Positions 8,674-17,399 of a stretch of 64,000 nt of DNA are shown here, one piece after another. Origin of the DNA: an uncultured Bacteroidales bacterium. GTDB taxonomy: Bacteria > Bacteroidota > Bacteroidia > Bacteroidales > VadinHA17. The notes beneath the pieces are model-generated. The model saw only the letters and a program-made list of their open reading frames with translations, had not been told where the DNA came from and did no database searches. Location of the stretch: contig CAVURA010000014.1 in NCBI GenBank assembly GCA_963743775.1, forward strand, positions 129,758-193,757, given 5' to 3'. Made by a program: the position numbers and the translations under genes. Within the stretch, counting starts at the first letter, position 1. Each line of letters begins with the position of its first letter.

Positions 8674-10236
8674 ATGAAAAGAATCCTTCTTCCCGTTTTC
8701 ATGTTTTTAATCGCAGCCGGAGTATCAGCCCAGCACAACAAGGTTGTTGACCGCATCATTGAGTTGGGTCAGACTGATAACCACACGATGCAGCATCTTG
8801 ATGTCCTCACAAACCGTTTCGGCGGAAGGCTGGTTGGGTCCGATGCCTACGACAATGCCGCTGAGTGGTGTGCATCAGAGTTTAAAAAATGGGGTATGGA
8901 AGTGATTATGGATGAAGCCGGAACTGTTCCTGTAGGTTTCAATCGCGGTCCATGGTTCGGAAGGATGCTTTCAGACAACGGAATGATACTGCATTTTGCT
9001 ACCCCGTCATATACATCCGGAACCAAAGGTGTTCAACGTGGTCCTGTGCTGATCGAGCCTAAAAGCAAGGAGGAGTTTAGCAAAATGAAGGGAGCGCTTA
9101 AGGGTGCCTGGGTACTGATAGGAGGTAAAAGCAACGGATGGCCCATCGACAGGTCTCTTAAGGCTGATTCCGCCAGGGTAAGAATCATTGCAGAGAATGA
9201 CTCCATCTCAAAACTGAACCGCGAGATCATGAGAGAAAACTACACCAATCGTGATAAACCCCCGAAAGATCTGATCCCAATGCATGAAGAACCTGCGCTC
9301 TTTTACCGCGAGATGCGCGATGCAGGTATACTTGGTATCATTCAAAAAGCCTCCGTGCCAATTACGGCTCTCTATGACCGCAAGAACCTTGATAGTTTGA
9401 CTTTTGAAACTCTGCCGACAGTATGTGATATCAAGCTCGATGAGAAGCAGTATGCAGTCATTGAGGAGATGGCAAAGGAGAGACAGTATTTTCTGCTGGA
9501 ATTTGACATTCGCAATCACTTTAAACCCGGCCCTGTCAAATATCACAATGTCATAGGAGTTATCCGCGGCACCAGGTACCCTGATGAATATGTGATGATG
9601 GGCGGCCACCTCGATGCCTTTGATGTTGCCACAGGCGGCGTTGATGACGGCTCAGGAGCCACACCTATGATGGAGGCGGCACGACTGATAATGGCGGCGG
9701 GAGGGAAGCCTGAACGTACAATTATGGTATGCTTATGGGCCGGTGAAGAGTTTGGGCTTATCGGATCAAAACATTGGGTGGAGAGTAATATGGAAAAGTT
9801 GCCGGGGATCTCAGACTATGTCAATCGTGACGGAGGACCCACTCCAATCACAGGAATCACAGTCCCCGAGGCTATGTACGATGATTTTGAAAAGGTGTGC
9901 AAGCCACTCAACAGTATTAATCCCGATTTCCCCTTCACTCTGAAGAAAAGAACAGAGCCGGCACGACCAAGACCTGTCAATGCGGGAGGATCAGATCACG
10001 CCTATTTCGCAAAGAATGGTGTTCCTGCCCTGCGGTTTGACGAACCTGACATCAAGGGGTACAACTTCGATTACGGTGAAATATGGCATTCAGAACGTGA
10101 TACCTATGATAAAAGCATCACTGAATACCAGGAGCATGCCGCAGTTGTCACCGCCGTGATAGTATACGGACTTGCAAACCTTGATCATCTGCTCTCGAGA
10201 GACAATCTCTACGCTGACGAGAATCATTTGAAGTAA
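8674..10236 (+). CDS. M28-family aminopeptidase (secreted)
   Basis: Signal peptide. Metal-site motifs GGHLDAFDVATGGVDDGSG and WAGEEFGLIGSKHW, plus a later DH/H region. Confidence 0.8.
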   Translation: MKRILLPVFMFLIAAGVSAQHNKVVDRIIELGQTDNHTMQHLDVLTNRFGGRLVGSDAYDNAAEWCASEFKKWGMEVIMDEAGTVPVGFNRGPWFGRMLSDNGMILHFATPSYTSGTKGVQRGPVLIEPKSKEEFSKMKGALKGAWVLIGGKSNGWPIDRSLKADSARVRIIAENDSISKLNREIMRENYTNRDKPPKDLIPMHEEPALFYREMRDAGILGIIQKASVPITALYDRKNLDSLTFETLPTVCDIKLDEKQYAVIEEMAKERQYFLLEFDIRNHFKPGPVKYHNVIGVIRGTRYPDEYVMMGGHLDAFDVATGGVDDGSGATPMMEAARLIMAAGGKPERTIMVCLWAGEEFGLIGSKHWVESNMEKLPGISDYVNRDGGPTPITGITVPEAMYDDFEKVCKPLNSINPDFPFTLKKRTEPARPRPVNAGGSDHAYFAKNGVPALRFDEPDIKGYNFDYGEIWHSERDTYDKSITEYQEHAAVVTAVIVYGLANLDHLLSRDNLYADENHLK

Positions 10237-10291
10237 TTCACTTCAGAGCCTGAAAAGGAGTTCTTAATATTTTATTTATGGCAAAGGAGTC

Positions 10292-10315
10292 GGTTTTATA
10301 CTTATTTATAAAACC
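10292..10315. terminator. AT-rich hairpin between convergent genes
   Basis: GGTTTTATA (10292-10300) pairs with TATAAAACC (10307-10315) around a 6-nt loop. It overlaps the stop of the minus-strand gene. Confidence 0.3.
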
Positions 10316-11931
10316 AGGAATTTGATTGTCTGACTCTTCGTGCCATCTTCTACTCTTATGAAATATAGACCAGAGCATAATTGCAATTTGCATGCATTAA
10401 AAGTCATTGAGTAGTTTGTGGCCTCTGTTTCCATGATCCTTTCGCCTGAAATATTATAGAGGGATATTACAGCCGGAAGGCTAAACAAATCAGGTATCTC
10501 AACAATGAAATAATCATTGACAGGATTAGGGTATAGTAATGTCTGTGGATCTTCCAGGCAGATGTCTTTTGCTGATGTGCTTCCTGAAACTGTCATCTTC
10601 CACAGCTCAGTTCCGTGTGTAACATCACTGGCAGAGAACACGAAAGTTTTATTAATTCTTCTCAATTCCGGTCCCCAGGCTCCTCCCCCGGGAATGTTGG
10701 TAAATTTTTCCGGCTGGCCGTCAGGATTGATCAGTCTCCACAGTTCTCCTCCCATTCCGTCATCGGCGGAAAAGTATAATGTGTCTCCGATTATTACAGG
10801 ACTTATAACTCCGGAGCCTGACGGTCCGGGATAAATATCTTTTATCATTTTGGTACCTGGTCCGGTACCGTCGGACACCCAGAGTTCCTGTCCCGAATCA
10901 GGAACATAGGCCGAAAAAACAAGTCTCCCCTTGAATTCAGTAAAAAAAGCGTCTGTCAGACTGGAATGTCCTTCAGGATTGATATCCCTGGCCATATATG
11001 TCACCCCGGGTTTGTCGTACTGTTCACCTGCATAAAAACATAACTCCACGCCAAAAGGAAATACATCTCCGGCGAAAAATAACTTATCTCCAACTTTAGT
11101 CAAAAAAGCAGGATCAAGATCAACGTTATTGTTGAAACTTTCTGATAATCTTAAAACATAACCATCGGTAAGTACTTTCCATAATTGTACTCCAAAGTCA
11201 TTAACTGGTTCGGGATTAGCTTTGCTGGCGCGAAAATAGACTGAACAGTTATAGTCAGCAAAATAAGGGTCATCAGCCGGCCCGGGCTTCACTACATCAG
11301 TATAGCGGGTCGTTGTTCCCGTTAAAGGGTCATGGTAATACAAGAAGCGGTCGTCCCGACCGACAAAATATAATTTGCCAGACGCCGGATATAACCACCC
11401 CGGTTTTGTTGAAGCAGTTCCTTCAGTAATATCATAAATACTGATCACAGACTGACCATCGGTCACATGTAATACGCAGAGCTCCTCTCCGTAATCGGGG
11501 TGGGTTCCGCTAAAATAAAGAGCATCATTAAAGACAGTCAACTCTCCGGGTCTGCTTCCGTAGCTTCCGGGAAAGATATCTTTTACTATTACAGTGCCTT
11601 CAGAAGTTCCGTCGGTTTTCCAGAGTTCTAAACCGGTGGTCCCGTCATCGCCACTGAAATAGACCTCATTTTTAAAAACAACCATTGGCCCGGAGTAGCT
11701 GTCCAGTTTTTTTAGCATATATGTCCCTTCGGAAGTCCCGTCAGTAACCCAGGGTCCGTTGTCCGATCCGGTGACAGTAGTCTGAAAGATAACTTTATCA
11801 CCCAGTTGGGTCATATAGTTTATATAAGAACTGCCGGGACCGGGATTGATATCCTTGAGCAGCTCAGCCTGCTGAGCTCCTGCAGTCAAACAGGCAGTTG
11901 CAAGGACAAATAATGACAAAGCTTTTTTCAT
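10306..11931 (-). CDS. ELWxxDGT-repeat protein with T9SS type-A C-terminal sorting domain
   Basis: Signal peptide. Repeated (E)LW(K/V)(T/S)DGT(S/G)(E/P)GT units occur at least five times. The C-terminal approximately 80 aa, LYPNPVNDYFIVEI...GLYFIRVEDGTKSQTIKFLVL, matches the Por secretion tail pattern. Confidence 0.8.
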   Translation of the reverse strand: MKKALSLFVLATACLTAGAQQAELLKDINPGPGSSYINYMTQLGDKVIFQTTVTGSDNGPWVTDGTSEGTYMLKKLDSYSGPMVVFKNEVYFSGDDGTTGLELWKTDGTSEGTVIVKDIFPGSYGSRPGELTVFNDALYFSGTHPDYGEELCVLHVTDGQSVISIYDITEGTASTKPGWLYPASGKLYFVGRDDRFLYYHDPLTGTTTRYTDVVKPGPADDPYFADYNCSVYFRASKANPEPVNDFGVQLWKVLTDGYVLRLSESFNNNVDLDPAFLTKVGDKLFFAGDVFPFGVELCFYAGEQYDKPGVTYMARDINPEGHSSLTDAFFTEFKGRLVFSAYVPDSGQELWVSDGTGPGTKMIKDIYPGPSGSGVISPVIIGDTLYFSADDGMGGELWRLINPDGQPEKFTNIPGGGAWGPELRRINKTFVFSASDVTHGTELWKMTVSGSTSAKDICLEDPQTLLYPNPVNDYFIVEIPDLFSLPAVISLYNISGERIMETEATNYSMTFNACKLQLCSGLYFIRVEDGTKSQTIKFLVL

Positions 11932-11943
11932 AGCTGTTTTGAT

Positions 11944-12543
11944 TTAAAAACCGGGCATTTCGGAGAAGGTGATATTCTTCGGAATGATGAAATATTTTGC
12001 TTCAACGGTAACGTTTGCCTTTATTGATGTGGCTTTCTGGCCTGAAGAATACCCTCCCATCTTGAATTCCATCATCATCATGATGCCGTTCCATATAAGT
12101 ACTTTTCCCATGTCACCTTTAATGACATCGCATTCTTTGCCAAGCAAGGTTTCCTTCCCGCTTTTTACCATCCCCATTTTCTTATATGTTTCTTCAGTAA
12201 AAGATTCATAGTCACTGTTTGAAGCTTCATTGATCCAGGAGAGGAGCGGATTTCTCATCTTCATTCCGTTGTCAGGCTGATCCGGATCCCACATATACTG
12301 GTCGTCGCCGAAAGCGACCACCCATCCCATGCTTTCTTCACCTTCAGTTACGGTCTCCATGTACATTGCACTCTTCATACCGTAGTCGTCAAAGTACAGG
12401 GTTCCCGTACCTGTTTTGTCACCAGAGTAGGTGTATTCAATAATAGCTGATTTGATGCCGTAAGGTTTCAGGACGGCTTCCTGCGGAAATGCTGCCGGCA
12501 GCATGTATAGCAGGCAAATCGAAAATGCGAAAATCTGCTTCAT
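11944..12543 (-). CDS. Hypothetical secreted protein
   Basis: Starts at the ATG at 12543 (MKQIFAFSICLLYMLPAAFPQ signal). No recognisable motif. Lies 12 nt upstream of the T9SS gene. Confidence 0.5.
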   Translation of the reverse strand: MKQIFAFSICLLYMLPAAFPQEAVLKPYGIKSAIIEYTYSGDKTGTGTLYFDDYGMKSAMYMETVTEGEESMGWVVAFGDDQYMWDPDQPDNGMKMRNPLLSWINEASNSDYESFTEETYKKMGMVKSGKETLLGKECDVIKGDMGKVLIWNGIMMMMEFKMGGYSSGQKATSIKANVTVEAKYFIIPKNITFSEMPGF

Positions 12544-12582
12544 TTTAGTACTATTTATTGTCAATGTTCAGTTGTATTTAAG

Positions 12583-14301
12583 TTACAGTGCTTTCAAATT
12601 CCAGGTGATTGTATATTTAAAATCAGCACCATTTTGTTCAGGATCAAAAGGTTTCTGATCGTATATGGCTTCAGTCATGTCTGTTGCACTGATAACTGTG
12701 GTCCCTCTTGATGAGCTCCATGGAACTCTGCCCTGAAGGAGATAAAGATCTTTAAGTTTAAAGCGTATGTCTGCTCCAGTGAGATTGGTGGTAGAAGTAG
12801 AATTCTCCCATTGGCAGCCACCATCCTCCTTATATGATTTTGTTCTGTTTTCTGTTTTTACATTTTCTGTAGGTGTGGTAATATCATACCAGTTTTCCAT
12901 GCCGAACTGTGCCATCTGATCAGCTACCTGCTTGTTACCGGTTGGCCACACATTTGTTGTAATGATAAGGCCATCCATTGTTTCAGAAGACATGCTGCCT
13001 GAACCGTACTCCTCGTAAACAAGTCCGTTGCATTCGCCACAACCACTGCCCTCACAATATCTTTGTTCATTATGTTTCCAGGATCCTTGTGCAGGGCTGG
13101 CTCCGAGCATTCTTATTGGCTGACCCTCCATCCCTTCCATTTGGGGGATAGGTTTAAAAATACCGGTATAGGTAATAGATTGATTTCCGATGAAAGTCTC
13201 AGTATAGTCATCATGATTCTTTTTGTAATCCCAGCTCTTTGTGACGGTGATTGTGCCGGAATAACCTTCATTAATTATTACTATATCAACTGCACCGATT
13301 TCCTCCTGGACTTCAATCATTGACATAGCGACCATGTCAGGGCTTTTAATTATACAACCATTAAAAACAGTTATGTGGTCCAGGGTAGCTATATGAGGAT
13401 CCGGAGCTTTATATTCAATTGTGGCCTGACCTTCCTCGCACATGAATGAATAGAATTTCACATCCTCACCCGTTTCACAACAAGGTGTTCCATTGGTTAG
13501 CGAGCCAAAATCAACCTTTACCGCAAGTCTTTGCCACTTCTTTGGTTTCTCTCCATTTGCATCAGTCACTTTGAAGGTGATTCTTTTTGTGGTTTCCAAA
13601 TTGACTTTTATAATTTCGCTATTGAATTCAGCTTTTTTGGGTGCTTTTTCGTATTCAAGAATTATCTCTTTAAGATTGGCAAAATGCTGAGTATAAAGAG
13701 CTCTATGAATTTCGTCATAATCCCCGATACCCTCATATATAAGAGTAGAGGCTTCCTTTACCACTTCATTCCAGAATGGATTATAGAGCTGAATTGTAAA
13801 ACGCCACTTCCCGAGGGCATTACCCGGTTCATAGCGTTTAGTACCAGGTTTTGTATCCTCATCAATGTATGCATCTTCCCATTCTCCCGGAACGATTTTA
13901 TCAACTGAGAGTAGTTCAAGTTTACCTTTCCAGATGTAGTCAGCCCCCTTTCTTGACTCTTCATCGGACAGGAATGTGGGCTTAGTTTTCAGTACGGCAG
14001 CTGCCATTCTTGCGGTCATGCTATCAACTTCCAGGTTCCCTTCCCATGACCGGAGTTCAAGCGGTATTGGACATTTACCTAACTCATGAGCTCCATTTTT
14101 AAGGATCATACTATTCCAGAGTATTGAAATACCCAGTGAGAGATCACGTTCCTGTCCTTCTGGCATCGGGAATGAAGGAAACATTAATATTCTCCTACAA
14201 CAATATTCCTCCTGTGCTGATAGGTATAGTGAGAAACTCGTCAGGAGAATGATCAGCCAGCCTTTTAATGCATTAAAAAAGGTGTCATTTTTCATGATCA
14301 A
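12583..14301 (-). CDS. Hypothetical secreted 572-aa protein (Ig-like middle region, Cys-containing C-terminal region)
   Basis: Signal peptide. The ITFKVTDANGEKP segment resembles a bacterial Ig-like domain. Contains a CEGSGCGECNG cluster. Overlaps the upstream gene by 17 nt. Confidence 0.5.
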   Translation of the reverse strand: MIMKNDTFFNALKGWLIILLTSFSLYLSAQEEYCCRRILMFPSFPMPEGQERDLSLGISILWNSMILKNGAHELGKCPIPLELRSWEGNLEVDSMTARMAAAVLKTKPTFLSDEESRKGADYIWKGKLELLSVDKIVPGEWEDAYIDEDTKPGTKRYEPGNALGKWRFTIQLYNPFWNEVVKEASTLIYEGIGDYDEIHRALYTQHFANLKEIILEYEKAPKKAEFNSEIIKVNLETTKRITFKVTDANGEKPKKWQRLAVKVDFGSLTNGTPCCETGEDVKFYSFMCEEGQATIEYKAPDPHIATLDHITVFNGCIIKSPDMVAMSMIEVQEEIGAVDIVIINEGYSGTITVTKSWDYKKNHDDYTETFIGNQSITYTGIFKPIPQMEGMEGQPIRMLGASPAQGSWKHNEQRYCEGSGCGECNGLVYEEYGSGSMSSETMDGLIITTNVWPTGNKQVADQMAQFGMENWYDITTPTENVKTENRTKSYKEDGGCQWENSTSTTNLTGADIRFKLKDLYLLQGRVPWSSSRGTTVISATDMTEAIYDQKPFDPEQNGADFKYTITWNLKAL

Positions 14302-15400
14302 TCCTTCTTCTCAGGTTCCACGAAACAAGCATAGATTGTGCCCCGCCCAGATCCTCAAGGAATTCTCTGAATTCCTCCGGGACATCCTTGAAAAGGTCTT
14401 TGGTACCCATGAGCTCTTCAGGCAGATCACCGGGCCTGACAGTTGTGAAAGTCCCTGATATCCCAATTTCTTCATCAATTCCTGTCGTACCTTCTGCCTC
14501 TTCATCAATCTCTGTGTTGATGGGTTTGACCTTTATATCAACCTCATCGGTTCCTTTTATCTCAATTCCCTCAACATGAATCTCACCTTTGACCCAATAT
14601 TTGCCGCTCACGGTATCTATAATAAGCCGGAGGTCACACTCAGCGACTGAAAGAGATCTCCCGTTGGCCTCTGCCGTTTCCCTTGCCCGGCCTTCAATGC
14701 GCCTGCCTTCCCGTTCCATTCTGAACATAGTCTGGGCATACTCATCAGAGAAGCTTATGAGAGTTGCTCTTTCAACCTTATAGTTGAGGAGCTTTGAAGT
14801 TTTATCCACAGGCTTGAAGGAAAGGCCGATTATCCAGTTCTTTGAAATGTTATATTCACCCCCGGGAGTCAGAGCCGCAAGAAGCGACTGATCTTCTCCG
14901 GCTCCCATGGTTTCATACAAGGATATAGATCCCTCCCAACTATTAGATAAGTAGTCAGATAGAGCATCTGTTCCACCTGGTTGTCCGGTTCCACCTGTAC
15001 CGGATTGGTCACCGGATGTACCGGAATTACCCTGGTTACCTGTCCCGCCTGTATCCCCCGATTGCCCGGTATTCCCTGGTTGTCCGGTTCCGCCTGTACC
15101 AGATTGGTCACCGGATGTACCGGAATTACCCTGGTTACCTGTCCCGCCAGTATCCCCTGTTCCTCCTGCTTTATTACTCCTTTTTTTTCGCGTAGTATCC
15201 TGATCAATTAGATTTCGGTCAGATAGGATTTTATCGCCGGCATTATCTACTATTAACTTCTCTGGCCAGGAACAATATTTTTTGATTTTACCAGAGGATT
15301 CGATGAAAGCTTTACCATAACTCAGAGATCCAGATTGAAAGAACAACCAGAAGAACATGATGCTAGCAAGCCGTAGCATTATTTTATAACTCATTATCAT
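14285..15400 (-). CDS. Secreted protein with a collagen-like G-X-Y tract (22 triplets) and a unique C-terminal domain
   Basis: Signal peptide. The tract (GGT)(GDT)(GGT)(GNQ)(GNS)(GTS)(GDQ)(SGT)(GGT)(GQP)(GNT)(GQS) is repeated almost twice and is encoded by a 99-nt tandem duplication. Confidence 0.6.
   Translation of the reverse strand: MIMSYKIMLRLASIMFFWLFFQSGSLSYGKAFIESSGKIKKYCSWPEKLIVDNAGDKILSDRNLIDQDTTRKKRSNKAGGTGDTGGTGNQGNSGTSGDQSGTGGTGQPGNTGQSGDTGGTGNQGNSGTSGDQSGTGGTGQPGGTDALSDYLSNSWEGSISLYETMGAGEDQSLLAALTPGGEYNISKNWIIGLSFKPVDKTSKLLNYKVERATLISFSDEYAQTMFRMEREGRRIEGRARETAEANGRSLSVAECDLRLIIDTVSGKYWVKGEIHVEGIEIKGTDEVDIKVKPINTEIDEEAEGTTGIDEEIGISGTFTTVRPGDLPEELMGTKDLFKDVPEEFREFLEDLGGAQSMLVSWNLRRRIDHEK
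14976..15173 (-). repeat. 99-nt tandem duplication encoding the G-X-Y tract
   Basis: The copy starting at 14976 (cctggttgtccggttccacctgtaccggattggtcaccgg...) recurs at 15075 with a few substitutions. The period is 99 nt, or 33 codons. Confidence 0.8.
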
Positions 15401-15420
15401 GATTTTACCTGTAATTAAGT

Positions 15421-16479
15421 TTAGTTTTTCACAAATTCAACTCTTCTGTTGGCAGCCTTGCCTTCAGAGGTATTGTTCGGACCGACAGGTTTGCTCTCGC
15501 CCCAGCCACGACTGATAAGCCGTGAACCGTCTATGCCCATTTTAACCAGTTGGTCAACTACCTCTTGTGCCCTTTGTTCAGAGAGTGTCTGGTTGGAAGC
15601 TTCATCCCCGTCACTGTCGGTGTGCCCCTCAACGCTCATCTTCAGTTCGGGGTGCTCCCTGAGAAGATAGTAAATTGAATTTACAACACCCATCGATTCC
15701 GGTTTGATTGTAGCCCTGTTCACGTCAAAGCGGATACCATTGGCTATGATTTTCCCGTCCTGCATCAGTTTGTCATATAGCTTGACAGCCCCTTCAGCAA
15801 TCCTTACATTCTTAATGAGCCTGTTGACACCTTGCGTACCTGCCGAGTTCATGCGGTCACAACAGATCGTGAGGCCCTCAGGATTGACTCCAAGATTTGG
15901 AATATTGACAACGCGCGCATCATCAAGATATACCTTCAGTGCCCTCACATTGAATGAAATGGCTACATGACGCCAGAACCCTTCGGTTATTTCACCCTTT
16001 TCTTCCTGACCCGGATAGAACCCTTCCCCGACATCATTTATACCGGCATGATTAGCGTTTATGATCAGGGCATCTATGTCTATCGTGCTTTCGCTCTGAT
16101 TTTTATGATCCCAGAAGTCAACAAGATACTGACAGTATTCATCCGGTTCAAACCAGCAATCGAACTCGATCGTGAAAAGGTCAGGGAGATTATCTTTTTC
16201 CGGTTCCTTAAAGAAGGGAATAATACATGACTCGGCTTCTTTGAAATAAATTACATTAAAGTTACCGAAAGCAGCGTTTTCAACGCTTCCTCCGCCGGCA
16301 AGATCCCACCTGGAAGGGAATTCTCCGTTAACTTCACCTTCCTGATTATCCTCAAAAATTATCTTTTCTCCGGGAACGAAGTCATACTTGTTCCATTGAA
16401 GTGCAGTCTGAGCCTGCACGGATGCGGCAGACAAGATCAGGATGTAAATAACCGCAGTAAAAGAAATGAGATATTTCAT
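15421..16479 (-). CDS. OmpA-family protein with N-terminal jelly-roll (LamG-like) domain
   Basis: Signal peptide. C-terminal OmpA domain: GHTDSDGDEASNQTLSEQRAQEV...ANRRVEFV. Confidence 0.8.
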   Translation of the reverse strand: MKYLISFTAVIYILILSAASVQAQTALQWNKYDFVPGEKIIFEDNQEGEVNGEFPSRWDLAGGGSVENAAFGNFNVIYFKEAESCIIPFFKEPEKDNLPDLFTIEFDCWFEPDEYCQYLVDFWDHKNQSESTIDIDALIINANHAGINDVGEGFYPGQEEKGEITEGFWRHVAISFNVRALKVYLDDARVVNIPNLGVNPEGLTICCDRMNSAGTQGVNRLIKNVRIAEGAVKLYDKLMQDGKIIANGIRFDVNRATIKPESMGVVNSIYYLLREHPELKMSVEGHTDSDGDEASNQTLSEQRAQEVVDQLVKMGIDGSRLISRGWGESKPVGPNNTSEGKAANRRVEFVKN

Positions 16480-16584
16480 GGCATTATGGTTTTTAATCCA
16501 AGTTAAACCATGCTATACCATGAAGCAAGAGCAAATGAGCAAAGAGGGGGTTTGAATTAGCATTCGGGGTTTTTGGTCCTGCAG

Positions 16585-16616
16585 CCTTGCCGTCCTGCGG
16601 CCTTGCCGTCCTGCGG
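16585..16616. repeat. Perfect 16-nt tandem direct repeat (x2, plus a partial third unit)
   Basis: CCTTGCCGTCCTGCGG occurs at 16585-16600 and again at 16601-16616, preceded by the related tcctgcag. It lies between the response-regulator stop and the OmpA-like start. Confidence 0.8.
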
Positions 16617-16628
16617 TCAGGCGTTTCC

Positions 16629-17381
16629 CTATTCGTACAAATGATCGCTGATAGCCTTGAGGACCTTTTGTTTGAGGTTGGGGGAGACGGGGATGGAGGA
16701 GCCGTCCCTGAGCTGAAGATAACCGCCGTCGCGCTTGACGAATTTGTCTACAAAATTCAGATTGACAAGATGCGACTGGTGAACGCGGATCAGGCCTGTA
16801 CCTGCAAGCATGGCTTCATATTCTTTCATTGTGCGTGAGACCATCACGTGCTTTCCGCCTGTGAGATGGAAGTGAGTATAATTACTGTCGGCCTCAGCCC
16901 TGATGATATCACTCACCGCTATAAGCTGCAGTGCATCGGCTGTTCGAAGAATGATGCGCTTAAGGACTTTTTTACCCTGCAGGTTCTCGCTGAGAGCCAG
17001 CAGTTTCAGCTGCTCTTCTTCATGATTAAACATCTCCCTTGCTTTATTGATCGCTTCCCTGAGCTCATCCTTGTCTATCGGTTTCAGGATATAATCAAGA
17101 GCGCTGACCTTAATTGCATCAAGAGCATATTCCTGGTGTCCGGTGATAAATATTACCCTGAATTTTACAGGAGAGATCTTTCTTATCAGGTCGAAACCGA
17201 GACCATCAGGCAGCTCAATATCCAGGAAAAGAAGATCAGGCTGATGTTCCATGATTGCAGCATAACCATCATTTATTGTCCCAACGGAGGCGCTGATAAT
17301 TATGTCAGGAAAACTCTCGTGTAGCAGGGCTGCAATGGTCTTCCTCACTGCTGATTCATCATCTACCACAATGGCTTTCAT
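16629..17381 (-). CDS. LytTR-family response regulator
   Basis: Receiver domain (IVVDDE...DLLFLDIELPD...K) followed by a LytTR DNA-binding domain (RIHQSHLVNL-type: RVHQSHLVNLNFV). Confidence 0.9.
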   Translation of the reverse strand: MKAIVVDDESAVRKTIAALLHESFPDIIISASVGTINDGYAAIMEHQPDLLFLDIELPDGLGFDLIRKISPVKFRVIFITGHQEYALDAIKVSALDYILKPIDKDELREAINKAREMFNHEEEQLKLLALSENLQGKKVLKRIILRTADALQLIAVSDIIRAEADSNYTHFHLTGGKHVMVSRTMKEYEAMLAGTGLIRVHQSHLVNLNFVDKFVKRDGGYLQLRDGSSIPVSPNLKQKVLKAISDHLYE

Positions 17382-17399
17382 TTATCAATCATGTTTGTT

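Noticed and set aside
14869-15207. 112-aa and 76-aa ORFs overlapping the G-X-Y repeat on both strands
   Set aside because: These are frame-shifted readings of the same 99-nt tandem repeat. The signal-peptide-bearing 371-aa frame is the coherent one.
16585-16616. Interpreting the 16-nt tandem repeat as a terminator for the response-regulator gene
   Set aside because: The repeat is direct, not inverted. I could not draw a stable stem-loop, and no U-tract follows on the minus strand.
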